This document shows positions 50,933 to 63,089 of a stretch of 64,000 nt of DNA, in pieces. A program made the position numbers and the translations under genes. The stretch spans positions 13,764,001-13,828,000 of the forward strand of contig NC_043004.1 in assembly GCF_006345805.1 (NCBI RefSeq), written 5' to 3'. The stretch comes from Octopus sinensis (Eukaryota). Each line of letters opens with the position of its first letter. Position 1 is the first letter of the stretch. Under the pieces are notes generated by a model. It had not been told where the DNA came from. It worked only from the letters and a program-made list of their open reading frames with translations, and did not search any database.

Positions 50933-51225
50933 TAAATAAAGGGTACATTTAAACACATAAGAGGTATCCATCATAGGACTACCTGCACGCTAGAGAGGAC
51001 AGTTAAATTCCAAACCAATGTTAGGGAAAAAATTTCGAAGGGAATGAAAAATAAAAACATTTACCACCTAACTCCTGGACCATGGTTTCAGACTTTTTTA
51101 GCAAATAAAATTATTTGCTAGGCGAAGTTTATCCTAATATTGGTTTGGAATTTAACTGTCCTTTCTAGCGTGTAGTTAGTCCTATGCTGGATACCTCTTA
51201 TGTGTTTAAATGTACACTGTATTTA
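50933..51225. mobile_element. MITE with ~100-bp terminal inverted repeats
   Basis: Arms 50933-51037 and 51123-51225 are roughly 90% reverse-complementary by eye (gtacatttaaacacataagaggtatcc...). Confidence 0.85.
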
Positions 51226-54200
51226 TATGAATAATATATAGTCTATTGACTAAATTCTAACAAGCTAGGCCACTGGTAATGGAAATTGCTAATATTTCAG
51301 ATTGCCCTTTCATATTATTTATATATATACATTTAATTGTAGTTGTGATACCTGTGGCAGTTGCACGTAAAAGGCACCATCTGAATGTGGCTGATGCCAG
51401 CGCAGCCTTGACTGGCTTTCGTGCCGGTGGCACGTAAAAAGCACCAACCGATCATGGCTGTTGCCAGCCTCCTCTGGCACCTGTGCCAGCACATAAAAAG
51501 CACCCACTACACTCACCGAGTGGTTGGCATTAGGAAGGGCATCCAGCTGTAGAAACACTACCAGATCAGACTGAGGATGTCAAAATATCTCCCTCCCTCT
51601 CATAGATATCACAGGTGCTACTCTTCTCTGACGAAACTGTACAAAATATTAATGAACTGATGTAAATAATCAAGAATGCTGGGTCATCACTGGATTACTC
51701 ATTTTTGCCTGCTGAGTGGACAGGAGCAACATCAAATAAAGCATTTTGCTTAAGAATACAAAGCGTCGCCCAGTCTATGAATCAAAACCATAATCTTACT
51801 ATCATGAATCCAACATCCCAACCACTAAGCCACAAACCTTCACATGGCTGGAACCCCTTTTCGATGCTGATGATTGTATAGCATGTATACTATGCTTTTT
51901 TCATGCCACTGGCACTAGTGAGACCATCCTGCAGTTTGCAAGACTACGAACCTCACAGAGGGGGTCTGCTTTATACTAGGAGATGTGGTGGTTAAAATAT
52001 GAGAAAGGGTGGGCAGTCTTATCTGAACTGTTATTGTAATATAACTACAGTTACATTTAACCTGTTTCTTTAAACACTCTCTCTTTCTTTGTTCCTTTAC
52101 AGGGCTGTGTCTTGTTCTTTATGACCACATCCACCGATGCTGTTCTTCGTCAACTGTATATGTTTTCCATTTTCAACACCAAATATTTGATGTTTTCATA
52201 TATTAATAAACATTTGACAATACCATACAATCATTCATTCTTTATTTATTATTACATCAACAGACAAACTATCAGCGTAGGTTTGACTGTGTGGTAAGTA
52301 GCTTGCTTACCAACCACATGGTTCCAGATTCAGCCCCATTGCATGGCACCTTGGACAAGTGTCTTCTACTATAGCCTTTGGTTGACCAAAGCCTTGTGAG
52401 TGGATTTGGTAGACAGAAACTGAAAGAAGCCCGTCGTATATATGTATGTGTGTGTATATGTTTGTGAGTCAGTGTTTGTCCCCCCCCCCCAACATCTCTT
52501 GACAACTGATGCTGGTATGTTTACGTCCCCCGTAACTTAGCAGTTTGGCAAAAGACACCGATAGAATAAGTACTAAACTTTCAAAGAATAAGTCCTGGGG
52601 GTCAATTTGCTCGACTAAAGGCGATGCTCCAGCTTGGCCACAGTCAAATGACTGAAACACGTCAGAGAGTAACAATAAGGACATGTTATGTTGTTCGATT
52701 AAATTTCGTTAGTGAAGCAGAGGCTTCAGTCACTGCCAAATCCGTATTATGATATTACTATACGCCCGTGTCACAATTCAGATATGTTCGTGTGACATCT
52801 TAACACAATGAGTGAAGGTGATTCGCATGGGACGTCATCTGCAGGAAAGTGTATAGTAAAATAAGTATTAACTGATTGAATAAAAAACAAAAAAAACTGA
52901 TCAATTATACCTGAATCAAACAACGACAAAGAGATGAAGCTTAAACAGAGAAGAAACAGGGGGGACAACTCCTTATCTTATAACAATCGAAATAGATGGA
53001 CTACAGAGAAATCTTAAAATAGGGTTAAAAATTCAATAAATTTGGTGTTTAAATCGGTTCTCCCTCGATGTTATATATTATGTGGCTCCAATATACCGCG
53101 CTCTCCATCGTCCCAGTCGATTTAATCTTCACGTTTCTATGCTTACATGGAAGAGTCTACATAATTTCCATTACTAAGGTAGATTTTTCACTTGTTTTCA
53201 ATCAAGGTAATAGTTCCCCGTGTCTAGACGTATTCTTTTCTACTCTAGGCACAAGGCCCGAAATTTTTGGGGAGGGGGCCAGTCGATTAGATCGACACCA
53301 GTACGCAATTGGTACTTAATTTACCGACCCCGAAAGAATGAAAGGCAAAGTCGACCTCGGCGGAATTTGAACTCGAACTCAGAACGCAGCGACAGACGTA
53401 ATACTGCTGAGCATTTCGCCCGGTGTGCTAACGTTTCTGCCAGCTCGCCGCCTTATTTTGACAGAATATTGGGAACGAATGGCAGTGACAATCCTTTACA
53501 ACTATCACCCGATGTGGAGACAAAGGTACACACAAACACGTATACTCACGCCCCAAAAGATATATATACGACGGGCTTCTTACAGTTTCCGTCTCCCAGA
53601 TCCACTCAAAATACTTTGGTCGGCTTGCCCATAGTGCCACGCAGTGGGATTGAACTCGGAACCATGTAGGTCGGAAGTAAACTTTTTTACTATACTGACA
53701 CGCACGCGCCTTAAACCACGCCATATATAATAGTATTAGTTCATCATCTGGGCAAAATAAGGAGTACATATTCTGTCACTCGACCTGCTAGATATGACAG
53801 CCAAATATACCTCAAATTTTCCCCATCACCAACACTTCAAAAATGGAACGGCACATTGGACAATATGAAATCCCAAATAAAATTCTTCTCGCAGCTATTT
53901 GGGAGCCTAGGACTCTTATGAACTCACACCAGGTTATCTTATTCTGAGTTTAGTTTCTTTCTATATAAGACTTCAGGTTGTGCTTTGTAAAAATTTTATT
54001 TATTGCTGGGACTTCAGTAAGAGGAAGAATTTTAAATCAAAACGTAAGAAGCAGGGCATCTGGCCTGATGCTCTTACAATTCTGTCAGTACCTACCCATC
54101 CTAGATTGATACTTTATTCATTTACCTGTGCCCAAACCCTAAAAAAAAGGAAATTCAAAGTTCACCTTGGCAGGATATTTTTTTTCGAAGTACAAAGAGC

Positions 54201-54903
54201 CGGAATAGATACCACAACATGTTTCATCTCTCACCTTAACGGCTCTAGATTGTATGGTCTATGGAATAAAGACGGGATGACCATGGCTGGAATTATAAGT
54301 TTTTTTCGTTTAGGGCTTGTCAGGAGGGGTTTAATAGCTACAATATTCAGAAGTTATCAACATTCTGTTTTTGTTTAGCTACACACCTAATTATGTATTT
54401 AACATAGCGCGGTACCCCATTTTAAATCAAAACCCCTTCTTATTCTTTCCATATTCCACAGGACCCTATTATTATTCTACTCTAGGCACAAGGCCCGAAA
54501 CTTTTGGGAAGGAGGCCTGTCGATTAGATCGACCCCAGTACACAACTGGTACTTAATTTATCGACCCCGAAAGGATGAAGGCTAAAGTCGACCTCGGCGG
54601 AATTTGAGCTCAGAACATGAAGACAGACAAAATACCGCTAAGCACTTCTCCCTGTGTACTAACGACGGGACTCTATTACTATCTTAACTGCGAAAAAATG
54701 TAATAAGTATCAAAAATAGTTTTTTTTTTATGTCTGAAAAACCGATATGTCAACGAAATGAACTTTATAACATTGAATCATGCAAAACGACATCAAGAAC
54801 CGATCGTAATGCCCATTGGTCTTTCGAACTCTCGGTTAATGTTTCTGGCTAATGTTAGAAAATCCTGGTCGAACTCAGGATCACACTTGGAGCTACAGCA
54901 GTG

Positions 54904-55140
54904 TGGAGGCGCAATGGCCCAGTGGGTAGGGCAGCGGACTCACGGTCGTAAGAACGCGGTTTCGATTGCCAGACCGGACATTGTGAGTGTTTACTGAGCA
55001 AAAACACATAAGCTCCACGAGGCTCCGGGGAAAGAGGGGGTTGAACTCCGCTGTACTCTTTCACCACAACTTTCTCAGCTCTCCACCCGTTAAAAGCCAC
55101 CGTTTACGGAATGAGGATAACAACCGTAACTTTCATTTAT
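54904..55140 (+). mobile_element. Family C SINE
   Basis: Same head as 15103, different 3' module. Confidence 0.8.
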
Positions 55141-55486
55141 TTATTTATTTATCGTTGTCGTCGTCACCAATAATACTGAATGATTGATGAGATTCGGAAT
55201 AATATTTCATCTATCAATTCATTCAGTGTATTAATTGGATATCTTGGGACTATAGTCCTGGCAGACACTGCCTCACGATAATCATTCAACAAGTCATAAG
55301 AATATTAATGTATAAGAATATTAATGTATATGGACAGTCAGTTGTCGCATTTTGTTGTCTCCAGCGAAAAAACTTCTCTTGAGAACAAAACCATTTTAAC
55401 TGAACTTATATTTAAAGCTCAAACCACGAACGCTCCGACAAAACAAAACTATTTTCCAAATGTTGAATTAAACGCAGGAGTTTATA

Positions 55487-55870
55487 GGCGCAGGAGTGGC
55501 TGTGTGGTAAGTAGCTTGCGTACCAGCCACATGGTTCCGGGTTCAGTCCCACTGCGTGGCACCTTGGGAAAGTGTCGTCTACTATAGCCCCGGGCCGACC
55601 AAAGCCTTGTGAGTGGATTTGGTCGATGAAAACTGAAAGAAGCCCGTCGTATACATGTATGTAAGTATATACATATATGTTTGTGTGTCTGTGTTTGTCC
55701 CCCAACATCGCTTGACAATCAATGCTGGTGTGTTTACGTCCCCGTAACCTAGCGGTTCGGCAAAAGAGACCGATAGAATAAGTACTAGGCTTACAAAGAA
55801 GAAGTCCTGGGGTCGATTTGCTCGACTAAAGGTGGTGCTCCAACATGGCCGCAGTCAAAACATTGAAACA
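55487..55870 (+). mobile_element. Family B SINE, CpG-intact
   Basis: Full head, core, internal microsatellite and tail. Confidence 0.9.
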
Positions 55871-56239
55871 AAGGAAAGACTAAACAGAAATTGATTTTCA
55901 AGGGAGCTAACTTTTACACATGAAAACTTTTAACAATAAAGTAAACGATTTAAATTTTCTTCTTCCTTTCATTTCTTGTTGATGGTATATAGAATAACAC
56001 ATCGCACAGCACCCGTATCCAACGTTCTCAGCGCTCCCGCTATAAACCTCTGAACTGCATAAAACTGGCGTGTTTGATCAGTTATTTTAAGATGTTAAGT
56101 ATTTGCATCCATGATAAAGGGAGAGAATCATCTTGACAGAATCTATATTACTGAATTTGTTTTCGTTAGCGAAAGCCTCCTATCCAGCCACGCGGTTCTC
56201 GTACAAACAAGAGACGAAAGAGAAAAATTCTGACTGCCA

Positions 56240-56875
56240 TTGCGAAGGAGAACCGCTTAACGAAAGCAAAGAAGCTCCTGAGCAAGCTAAGGCAATCTGG
56301 TTCTCCTCAGATGAAAAGAACTTCTGCCAGGACTAGTTGCACAACATCCAGAATATCAGGTGGCTTACATACAATCCATGTGATGTGTCACGTATCCTGA
56401 AAACCAAGTTCCTCAAAGTGTAATTGTCTTAAGGTGTGTCTCCAATGAGGGTGATGTCATGCTGCCCCACGTCTTTGAACAGAGCCTTAGGCTCAATTCA
56501 GACGGCTATGTGAAGCCACTGGAGACTGTGGTCAAAACCTGGCTGGAGAGGGTTGCTGCTCGATAGTCATATGTGTGGTAGTAGAATTCGACGCTTTGCC
56601 ATACTTCCGGAAAGAGTCAAAAGTGGTTGTTAGAGAACTTCTGAGACTTCGCCAGTCTCAATTTGCTGGCGTCTTAATTTTCTCGATTTCAATTCTATGG
56701 ATTACTATGTGTGGGGCACGGTTGAGAAGGACAGCAAATGGCCTGCCTGCCTGCCTGCAATACCAAGGACAAGATCAAGGAGGTTTTCCAAGATCTTTCC
56801 ATGAAAACAGTGAGGAACGTTTGCGCCAGGTTCCGGAGCCATTTTGAGGTTGTGATTGAAGCTGAGGGGGGAGAG
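56240..56875 (+). pseudogene. Tc1/mariner superfamily transposase relic, DD37D (maT/Bmmar1-like)
   Basis: WFSSDEKNFCQD (first D); YVW**NSTLCH (degenerate QQDSAPCH); DFNSMDYYVWG (SPDxNPxDY); KTVRNVCARFRSHFEVVIEAEGG. Reconstructed spacing is about 37 aa. Confidence 0.8.
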
Positions 56876-57084
56876 AAGGGGGATAAAGCAGAAAGAAAGA
56901 AAGACGGAAAGAAAGAAAGAAAGAGAATAAAAGAAAAAAAGGAAAGATAAGATAGACAGACAGAAGGGAAGAAAGGAATAACGAAAAAAGAAAGGAGGTA
57001 AGGAAGACAGAAAGAAGGAAGGGGAAAGAAATAAAAAAAGGAAGAACGAATAAAGGAAAGGGAAACCGTAGGTTTTAATGCAAA

Positions 57085-58055
57085 GGCTGTGTAGAAGTAG
57101 CTTGCTTACCAACCACATGGTTCCGGGTTCAGTCCCACTGTGTGGCACCTTGGGCAAGTGTCTTCTACTATAGCCTCAGGCCGACCAAAGCCTTGTGAGT
57201 GGATTTGGTAGACGGAAACTGAAAGAAGCCCGTCGTATATATGTATATATATGTATGTGTGTGTATGTTTGTGTGTCTGTGTTTGTCCCCCTAGCATTGC
57301 TTGACAACCGATGCTGGTGTGTTTATGTCGCCGTCACTTAGCGGTTCGGCAAAAAGAGACCGATAGAATAAGTACTGGGCTTACAAAGAATAAGTCCTGG
57401 GGTCGATTTGCTCGACTGAAGGCCGTGCTCCAGCATGGCCACAGTCAAATGACTGAAACAAGTAAAAGAGTAAAAGTAAAAGAGAATTGAGTGAATGTGA
57501 GAGAATAAGCTGTGAATGAAATGGAGAATGAGATAAGGCTGGAAAGTTTGAGAGATGAGGGGAAAGAGAGGGGGAGAGAAAGGGAGAAAAGGCGGAAAAT
57601 GGAAGAATAGGAGATAGGTAGGGAGAGGGATGGAGTAGAGAGAGAGGAGGGGGAGGGAAATAGACAAAGAGAAAGAAGGCGGGGAAGAGAAGGAGAGAGA
57701 AAGAATTGAGGGGACCGTGAAAAGAAAGAGGGAGAGCCAGATAGGCAAGTAGGGAAATGAGTGGAGAGAGGAGGGTTGAAGGAGAAGGAGGCAATTGAGA
57801 AATATAGATGGGACGAGCGGTAAGAGATAAAGACAGCTGGTAAGGGTATATATATATGCGCAGGAGTGGCTGTGTGGTAAGTAGCTTGTTTACCAACCAC
57901 ATGGTTCCGGGTTCAGTCCCACTGCGTGGCACCTTGGGCAAGTGTCTTCTACTATAGCCTCGGGCCAACCAAAGCCTTGTGAGTGGATTTGGTAGACGGA
58001 AACTGAAATAAGCCGTCGTATATATGTATATATATATATATATATATAATATATA

Positions 58056-58103
<48 letters not shown>

Positions 58104-58328
58104 TGTGTGTGTGTGTGTTTCTGTGTCTGTGTTTGTCCCCCTAGCATTGCTTGACAACCGATGCTGGTGTACTTATGTCCCCGTTACTTAGCGGTTCGGC
58201 AAAAGATACCGATAGAATAAGTACTGGGCTTACAAAAGAATAAGTCCAGGGGTCGAGTTGCTCGATTAAAGGCGGTGCTCCAGCATGGCCGCAGTCAAAT
58301 GACTAAAACAAGTAAAAGAGTATATAGC

Positions 58329-58386
<58 letters not shown>

Positions 58387-58990
58387 CAAGAACACATACA
58401 TGAGTACATATGGAGAACGAGAGACAGAGTGAAGAGAGGAGGGTGAGAGAAAGAAGGAGAGAGAACGAGACAGAGGAAAGGAGAGATAGATTGATAGATA
58501 TATAGACAAACAGACTGACAGACAGGCAGTCAGACAAATAGAGAGATAGATATACAAACAGGCATAGACACTGATAGACAGACAGGAGTGGCTGTGTGGT
58601 AAGTAGCTTGCTTACCAACCACATGGTTCCGGGTTCAGTCCCACTGCGTGGCAACTTGGGCAAGTGTCTTCTACTATAGCCTCGGGCCGACCAAAGCCTT
58701 GTGAGTGGATTTGGCTGACGAAAACTGAAAGAAGCCTGTCGTATATATGTATATATATGTGTGCGTGTGTGTTTGTGTGTCTGTGTTTGTCCCCCCACCC
58801 AGCATCGCTTGACAATCGATGCTGGTGTGTTTACGTCCCCGTCACTTAGCGGTTCGGCAAAAAGAGACCGATAGAATAAGTATTGGGCTTACAAAAGAAT
58901 AAGTCCCGGGGTCGAGTTGCTCGACTAAAGGCGGTGCTCCAGCATGGCCGCAGTCAAATGACTGAAACAAATAAAAGAGAGAGTAAAGAG
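57085..58990 (+). mobile_element. Three same-strand family B SINEs (57085, 57858, 58583) separated by purine-rich simple DNA
   Basis: Near-identical bodies with GA-rich, (TA)n and (GATA)n spacers. Confidence 0.9.
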
Positions 58991-59159
58991 AGACAGACAT
59001 ATAGATAGATAGATAGATAGACAGATAGACAGATAGATAGATAGATAGATAGATAGAAGTAGATAGAGAGACAGAGGATGCAAAGCGAGTACAAGGAGGA
59101 AGAGGAGACAGAGGAAGAAGAGGAGGTGGAGGAGCATAAAAGATACGTTCTATTTTATA

Positions 59160-62120
59160 ACTAGCAGTATCGCCCGACGTTGCTCGGATTTGTAAGGGAA
59201 GATCTCTTTCGGCACCCTCTTCGATCTTTTTCGGCACACTCTTTGATCTCTGTCGACACCCCCTTTGATATCTGTCGGCACCCCTCTTTGATCTATGTCG
59301 GCAACACTTTGGTCTCTCTCGGCACACCTCTTTGATCTCTGTCGGCACCCCTCTTTGATCTCTGTCGGAACCCCCTTTGATCTCTGTCGGCACCCCTCTT
59401 TGATCTCTGTCGGCACCCCTCTTTGATCTCTGTCGGCACCCCTCTTTGATCTATGTCGGCAACCCTTTGGTCTCTCTCGGCACACCTCTTTGATCTCTGT
59501 CGGCACCCCTCTTTGATCTCTGTCGGAACCCCCTTTGATCTCTGTCGGCACCCCTCTTTGATCTCTGTCGGCACCCCCCTTTGATCTCTGTCGGCACCCT
59601 TTTTGATCTCTGTCGGTACCCCTCTTTGATCTCTTTCGGCACCCTCTTTGATCTCTGTCGGCACCCTCTTTTATCTCTGTCGATACCCCTCTTTGATCTA
59701 TGTCGGCAACCCTTTGGTCTCTCTCGGCACACCTCTTTGATCTCTGTCGGCACCCCTCTTTGATCTCTGTCGGTACCCTCTTTGATCTCTGTCGGCACCC
59801 TCTTTTATCTCTGTCGATATCCCTCTTTGATCTCTGTCGGCACCCCTCTTTGATCTCTGTCGGCACCCCTCTTTGATCTCTGTCGGCACCCCTTTGATCT
59901 CTGTCGGCACCCCTTTGATCTCTGTGCATCCCTCTTTGATCTCTGTCGGCACCCCTCTTTGATCTCTGTCGGCATCCCTCTTTGATCTCTGTCGGCACCC
60001 TCTTTGATCTCTGTCGGCACCCCTCTTTGATCTCTGTACACCCCCTTTGATATCTGTCGGCACCCTCTTTGATCTCTGTCGGCACCCCTCTTTGATATCT
60101 GTCGGCACCCCTTTGATCTCTGTCAGCACCCCTTTGATCTCTGTGCATCCCCTTTGATCTCTGTCGGCACCCTCTTTGATCTCTGTCGGCATCCCCTTTG
60201 ATCTCTGTCAGCACCCCTTTGATCTCTGTGCATCCCCTTTGATCTCTGTCGGCACCTCTCTTTGATCTCTGTCGGCACCCTCTTTGATTGCTGTCGGCAC
60301 CCCTCTTTGATCTCTGTCGGCATCCCCTTTGATCTCTGTCGGCACCCCTCTTTGATCTCTGTCGACACCCCTCTTTGATCTCTGCCGGCACCCCCTTCGA
60401 TCTCTGTCGGCACCCCTCTTTGATCTCTGTCGGCACCCCCTTCGATCTCTGTCGACACCCCTCTTTGATCTCTGCCGGCACCCCCTTCGATCTCTGTCGG
60501 CACCCCTCTTTGATCTCTGTCGGCACCCCCTTCGATCTCTGTCGGCACCCCTCTTTGATCTCTGTCGGCATCCCCTTTGATCTCTGTCGGCACCCCTCTT
60601 TGATCTCTGTCGGCACCCTCTTTGATCTCTGTCGGCACCCCCTTCGATCTCTGTCGACACCCCTCTTTGATCTCTGTCGGCACCCCTCTTTGATCTCTGT
60701 CGGTACCCCTCTTTGATCTCTGTCGGCACCCCTCTTTCATCTCTGTCGGCACCCCTCTTTGATCTCTGTCGGCACCCCTTTGATCTCTGTCGGCACCCTC
60801 TTTGATCTCTGTCGGCACCCCCTTCGATCTCTGTCGACACCTTCTTTGATCTCTGTCGGCACCCCTCTTTCATCTCTGTCGGTACCCCTCTTTGATCTCT
60901 GTCGGCACCCCTCTTTCATCTCTGTCGGCACCCCTCTTTGATCTCTGTCGGCACCCCTTTGATCTCTGTCGGCACCCTCTTTGATCTCTGTCGGCACCCC
61001 CTTCGATCTCTGTCGACACCTTCTTTGATCTCTGTCGGCACCCCTCTTTCATCTCTGTCGGTACCCCTCTTTGATCTCTGTCGGCACCCCTCTTTCATCT
61101 CTGTCGGCACCCCTGTTTGATCTTTGTCGGCACCCCTCTTTGATCTCTGTCGGTACCCCTCTTTGATCTCTGTCGGCACCCCTCTTTGATCTCTGTCGGC
61201 ACCCCTCTTTCATCTCTGAGGCCTTGAATGGTGTAAAGCAATCTTGTTATCAGGTCTGACGTTCATCAAAACATATATTAATGAAATATTATAACCTAAG
61301 CAATGGGATACATTACCGTAAATACATTTATTTATGCACATACACACACTGCGAAATTGGGAGAGAATATATATATATAATGGCGCAGGAGTGGCTGTGT
61401 GGTAAGTAGCTTGCTAACCAACCACATGGTTCCGGGTTCAGTCCCACTGCGTGACATCTTGGGCAAGTGTCTTCTACTATAGCCCCGGGCCGACCAATGA
61501 CTTGTGAGTGGATTTGGTAGACGGAAATTGAAAGAAGCCTGTCGTATGTGTATATATGTATATGTGTGTGTTTGTGTGTCTGTGTTTGTCCCCCTAGCAT
61601 TGCTTGACAACCGATGCTGGTGTGTTTACGTCCCCGTCACTTAGCGGTTCGGTAAAAGAGACCGATAGAATAAGTACTGGGCTTACAAAGAATAAGTCCT
61701 GGGGTCGATTTGCTCGACTAAAGGCGGTGCTCCAGCATGGCCGCAGTCAAATGACTGAAACAAGAAGAAGAAGAATGTAAGCATTTTCAGAGAGTTATAG
61801 CCAAAAAATAGCAAAAAAATGCATTAAAATTGGAAAAAAAATTATCGTAAATTTTTTTTAAATCGTTGACTCATCGTAGACATTTTTAGAGAGTTACTTC
61901 CCTTATATAATAGCGAAAAAAATGCATTAAAATGGAAAAACATGATGGTAATTTTTTTTTAAATCGTAGACTCATCGTAGACGCGCGCTAATACCGGAAG
62001 GGCTCGATATGAATCACGACTATAAGATACCGCTTTTGGTTACACTGCACCGCAAAATGTGGGAGTAGTTAGGAATCTAAATCGTAGGAGACAGACACAC
62101 AACTTCACTTTTATATATAA
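59160..62120 (+). mobile_element. HINE-like element whose 5' end (59160-59200) and body (61779-62120) bracket the minisatellite and a family B SINE (61382-61772)
   Basis: actagcagtatcgcccgacgttgctcggatttgtaagggaa matches 62121; the body resumes aagcattttcagagagttatagcc, as in the contiguous copy at about 62171. Confidence 0.6.
59201..61218. repeat. ~2 kb minisatellite, 23-bp consensus tctttgatctctgtcggcacccc (about 90 units, 21-23 bp variants)
   Basis: Read directly; the 23-aa cycle in the minus-strand ORFs reflects the 69-nt three-unit period. Confidence 0.97.
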
Positions 62121-62502
62121 ACTAGCAGTATCGCCCGGCGTTGCTCAGGTTTGTAAGGGAAATAACTATAAAGCATTTTTAGAGAGTTATAGCCAAAAAA
62201 TAACAAAAAATGGAAAAAAATGATGGTAAATTTTCTTTTTAGTTAAAAAAGGTGGAGTTGCGTCCCCTAGACAGTTTGCGGTTTGTGTTTCTGATTCTCG
62301 ACCCCATGTCGAATTTATCGATTTTTTTCAGAACTGGGGGAACTTTTCAAAATTTTCGCTGCGTTAGTTTTGAATTATGACATTGGGCTATGTGTGTGTC
62401 AAGTTTCATCAGAATCGGTTGAAACCCGTGGTCAGGGTGAGGGTACAAGCAAACAGACACACAGAAACACGCACAGACAAACTGCCGTTTATATAGAGAG
62501 AG
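62121..62502 (+). mobile_element. Second HINE-like element directly in tandem
   Basis: 5' actagcagtatcgcccggcgttgctcagg hairpin; 3' acagacac microsatellite then ttatatagagagat. Confidence 0.65.
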
Positions 62503-63089
62503 ATAAACAAAATAAGCAAAAAAAAAGAAGGAAAAATGATAATATCGAACAAAAAGCAAAAACGTCATTTTATGATAAGCTAAGAAGAAAAATCCCTTTT
62601 TTTTTTCCCACCCACCCCCATCCAACCACCCAAGCTACTCATCAAAAACAGCCCTCAACTAAAACTAGAATCTCAGACAAAAAAAAAATCACCCCCATAA
62701 TTCATCAATTCTCTCTCTCTCTTACAAAAAGAAATCCACGTTAGTGGGTGTCTGGAGAGTTCTCTCACTCGTGGCATCTTAGGCTTTTCGTTTCCTTTTG
62801 TATTTTATATTGGAAAGTACGATGATAAACGGTCAGGCTGTACATTGTTACCGATCTATCAACCAACCAACCAACCATAAATACAGCTTTTTTTTTTACT
62901 AAACAACTACATACAACTGCGCTTTCTGTTATTGATGCCGCCGCCGCCGCCGCATTACTTAAATCACTACTGGTGTGGTGGCTGAAAAACTGATTTTTTT
63001 TTGTGTTGTTGCTTTTGTTGCACATTTGTAAAGTTGCTTTATTATTGTTGTTGTTCTCGTTATTGCTGTTACGATTGTTGTTGTCGTTG

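Noticed and set aside
58842-61179. Long minus-strand ORFs up to 488 aa (PTEIKEG/CRQRSKRG/ADRDQRG)
   Set aside because: Artefact of a stop-free 23-bp repeat open in all three frames; no domain or splice context.
59201-61218. CRISPR-like array
   Set aside because: Units are contiguous with no unique spacers, the context is eukaryotic and there are no cas genes.
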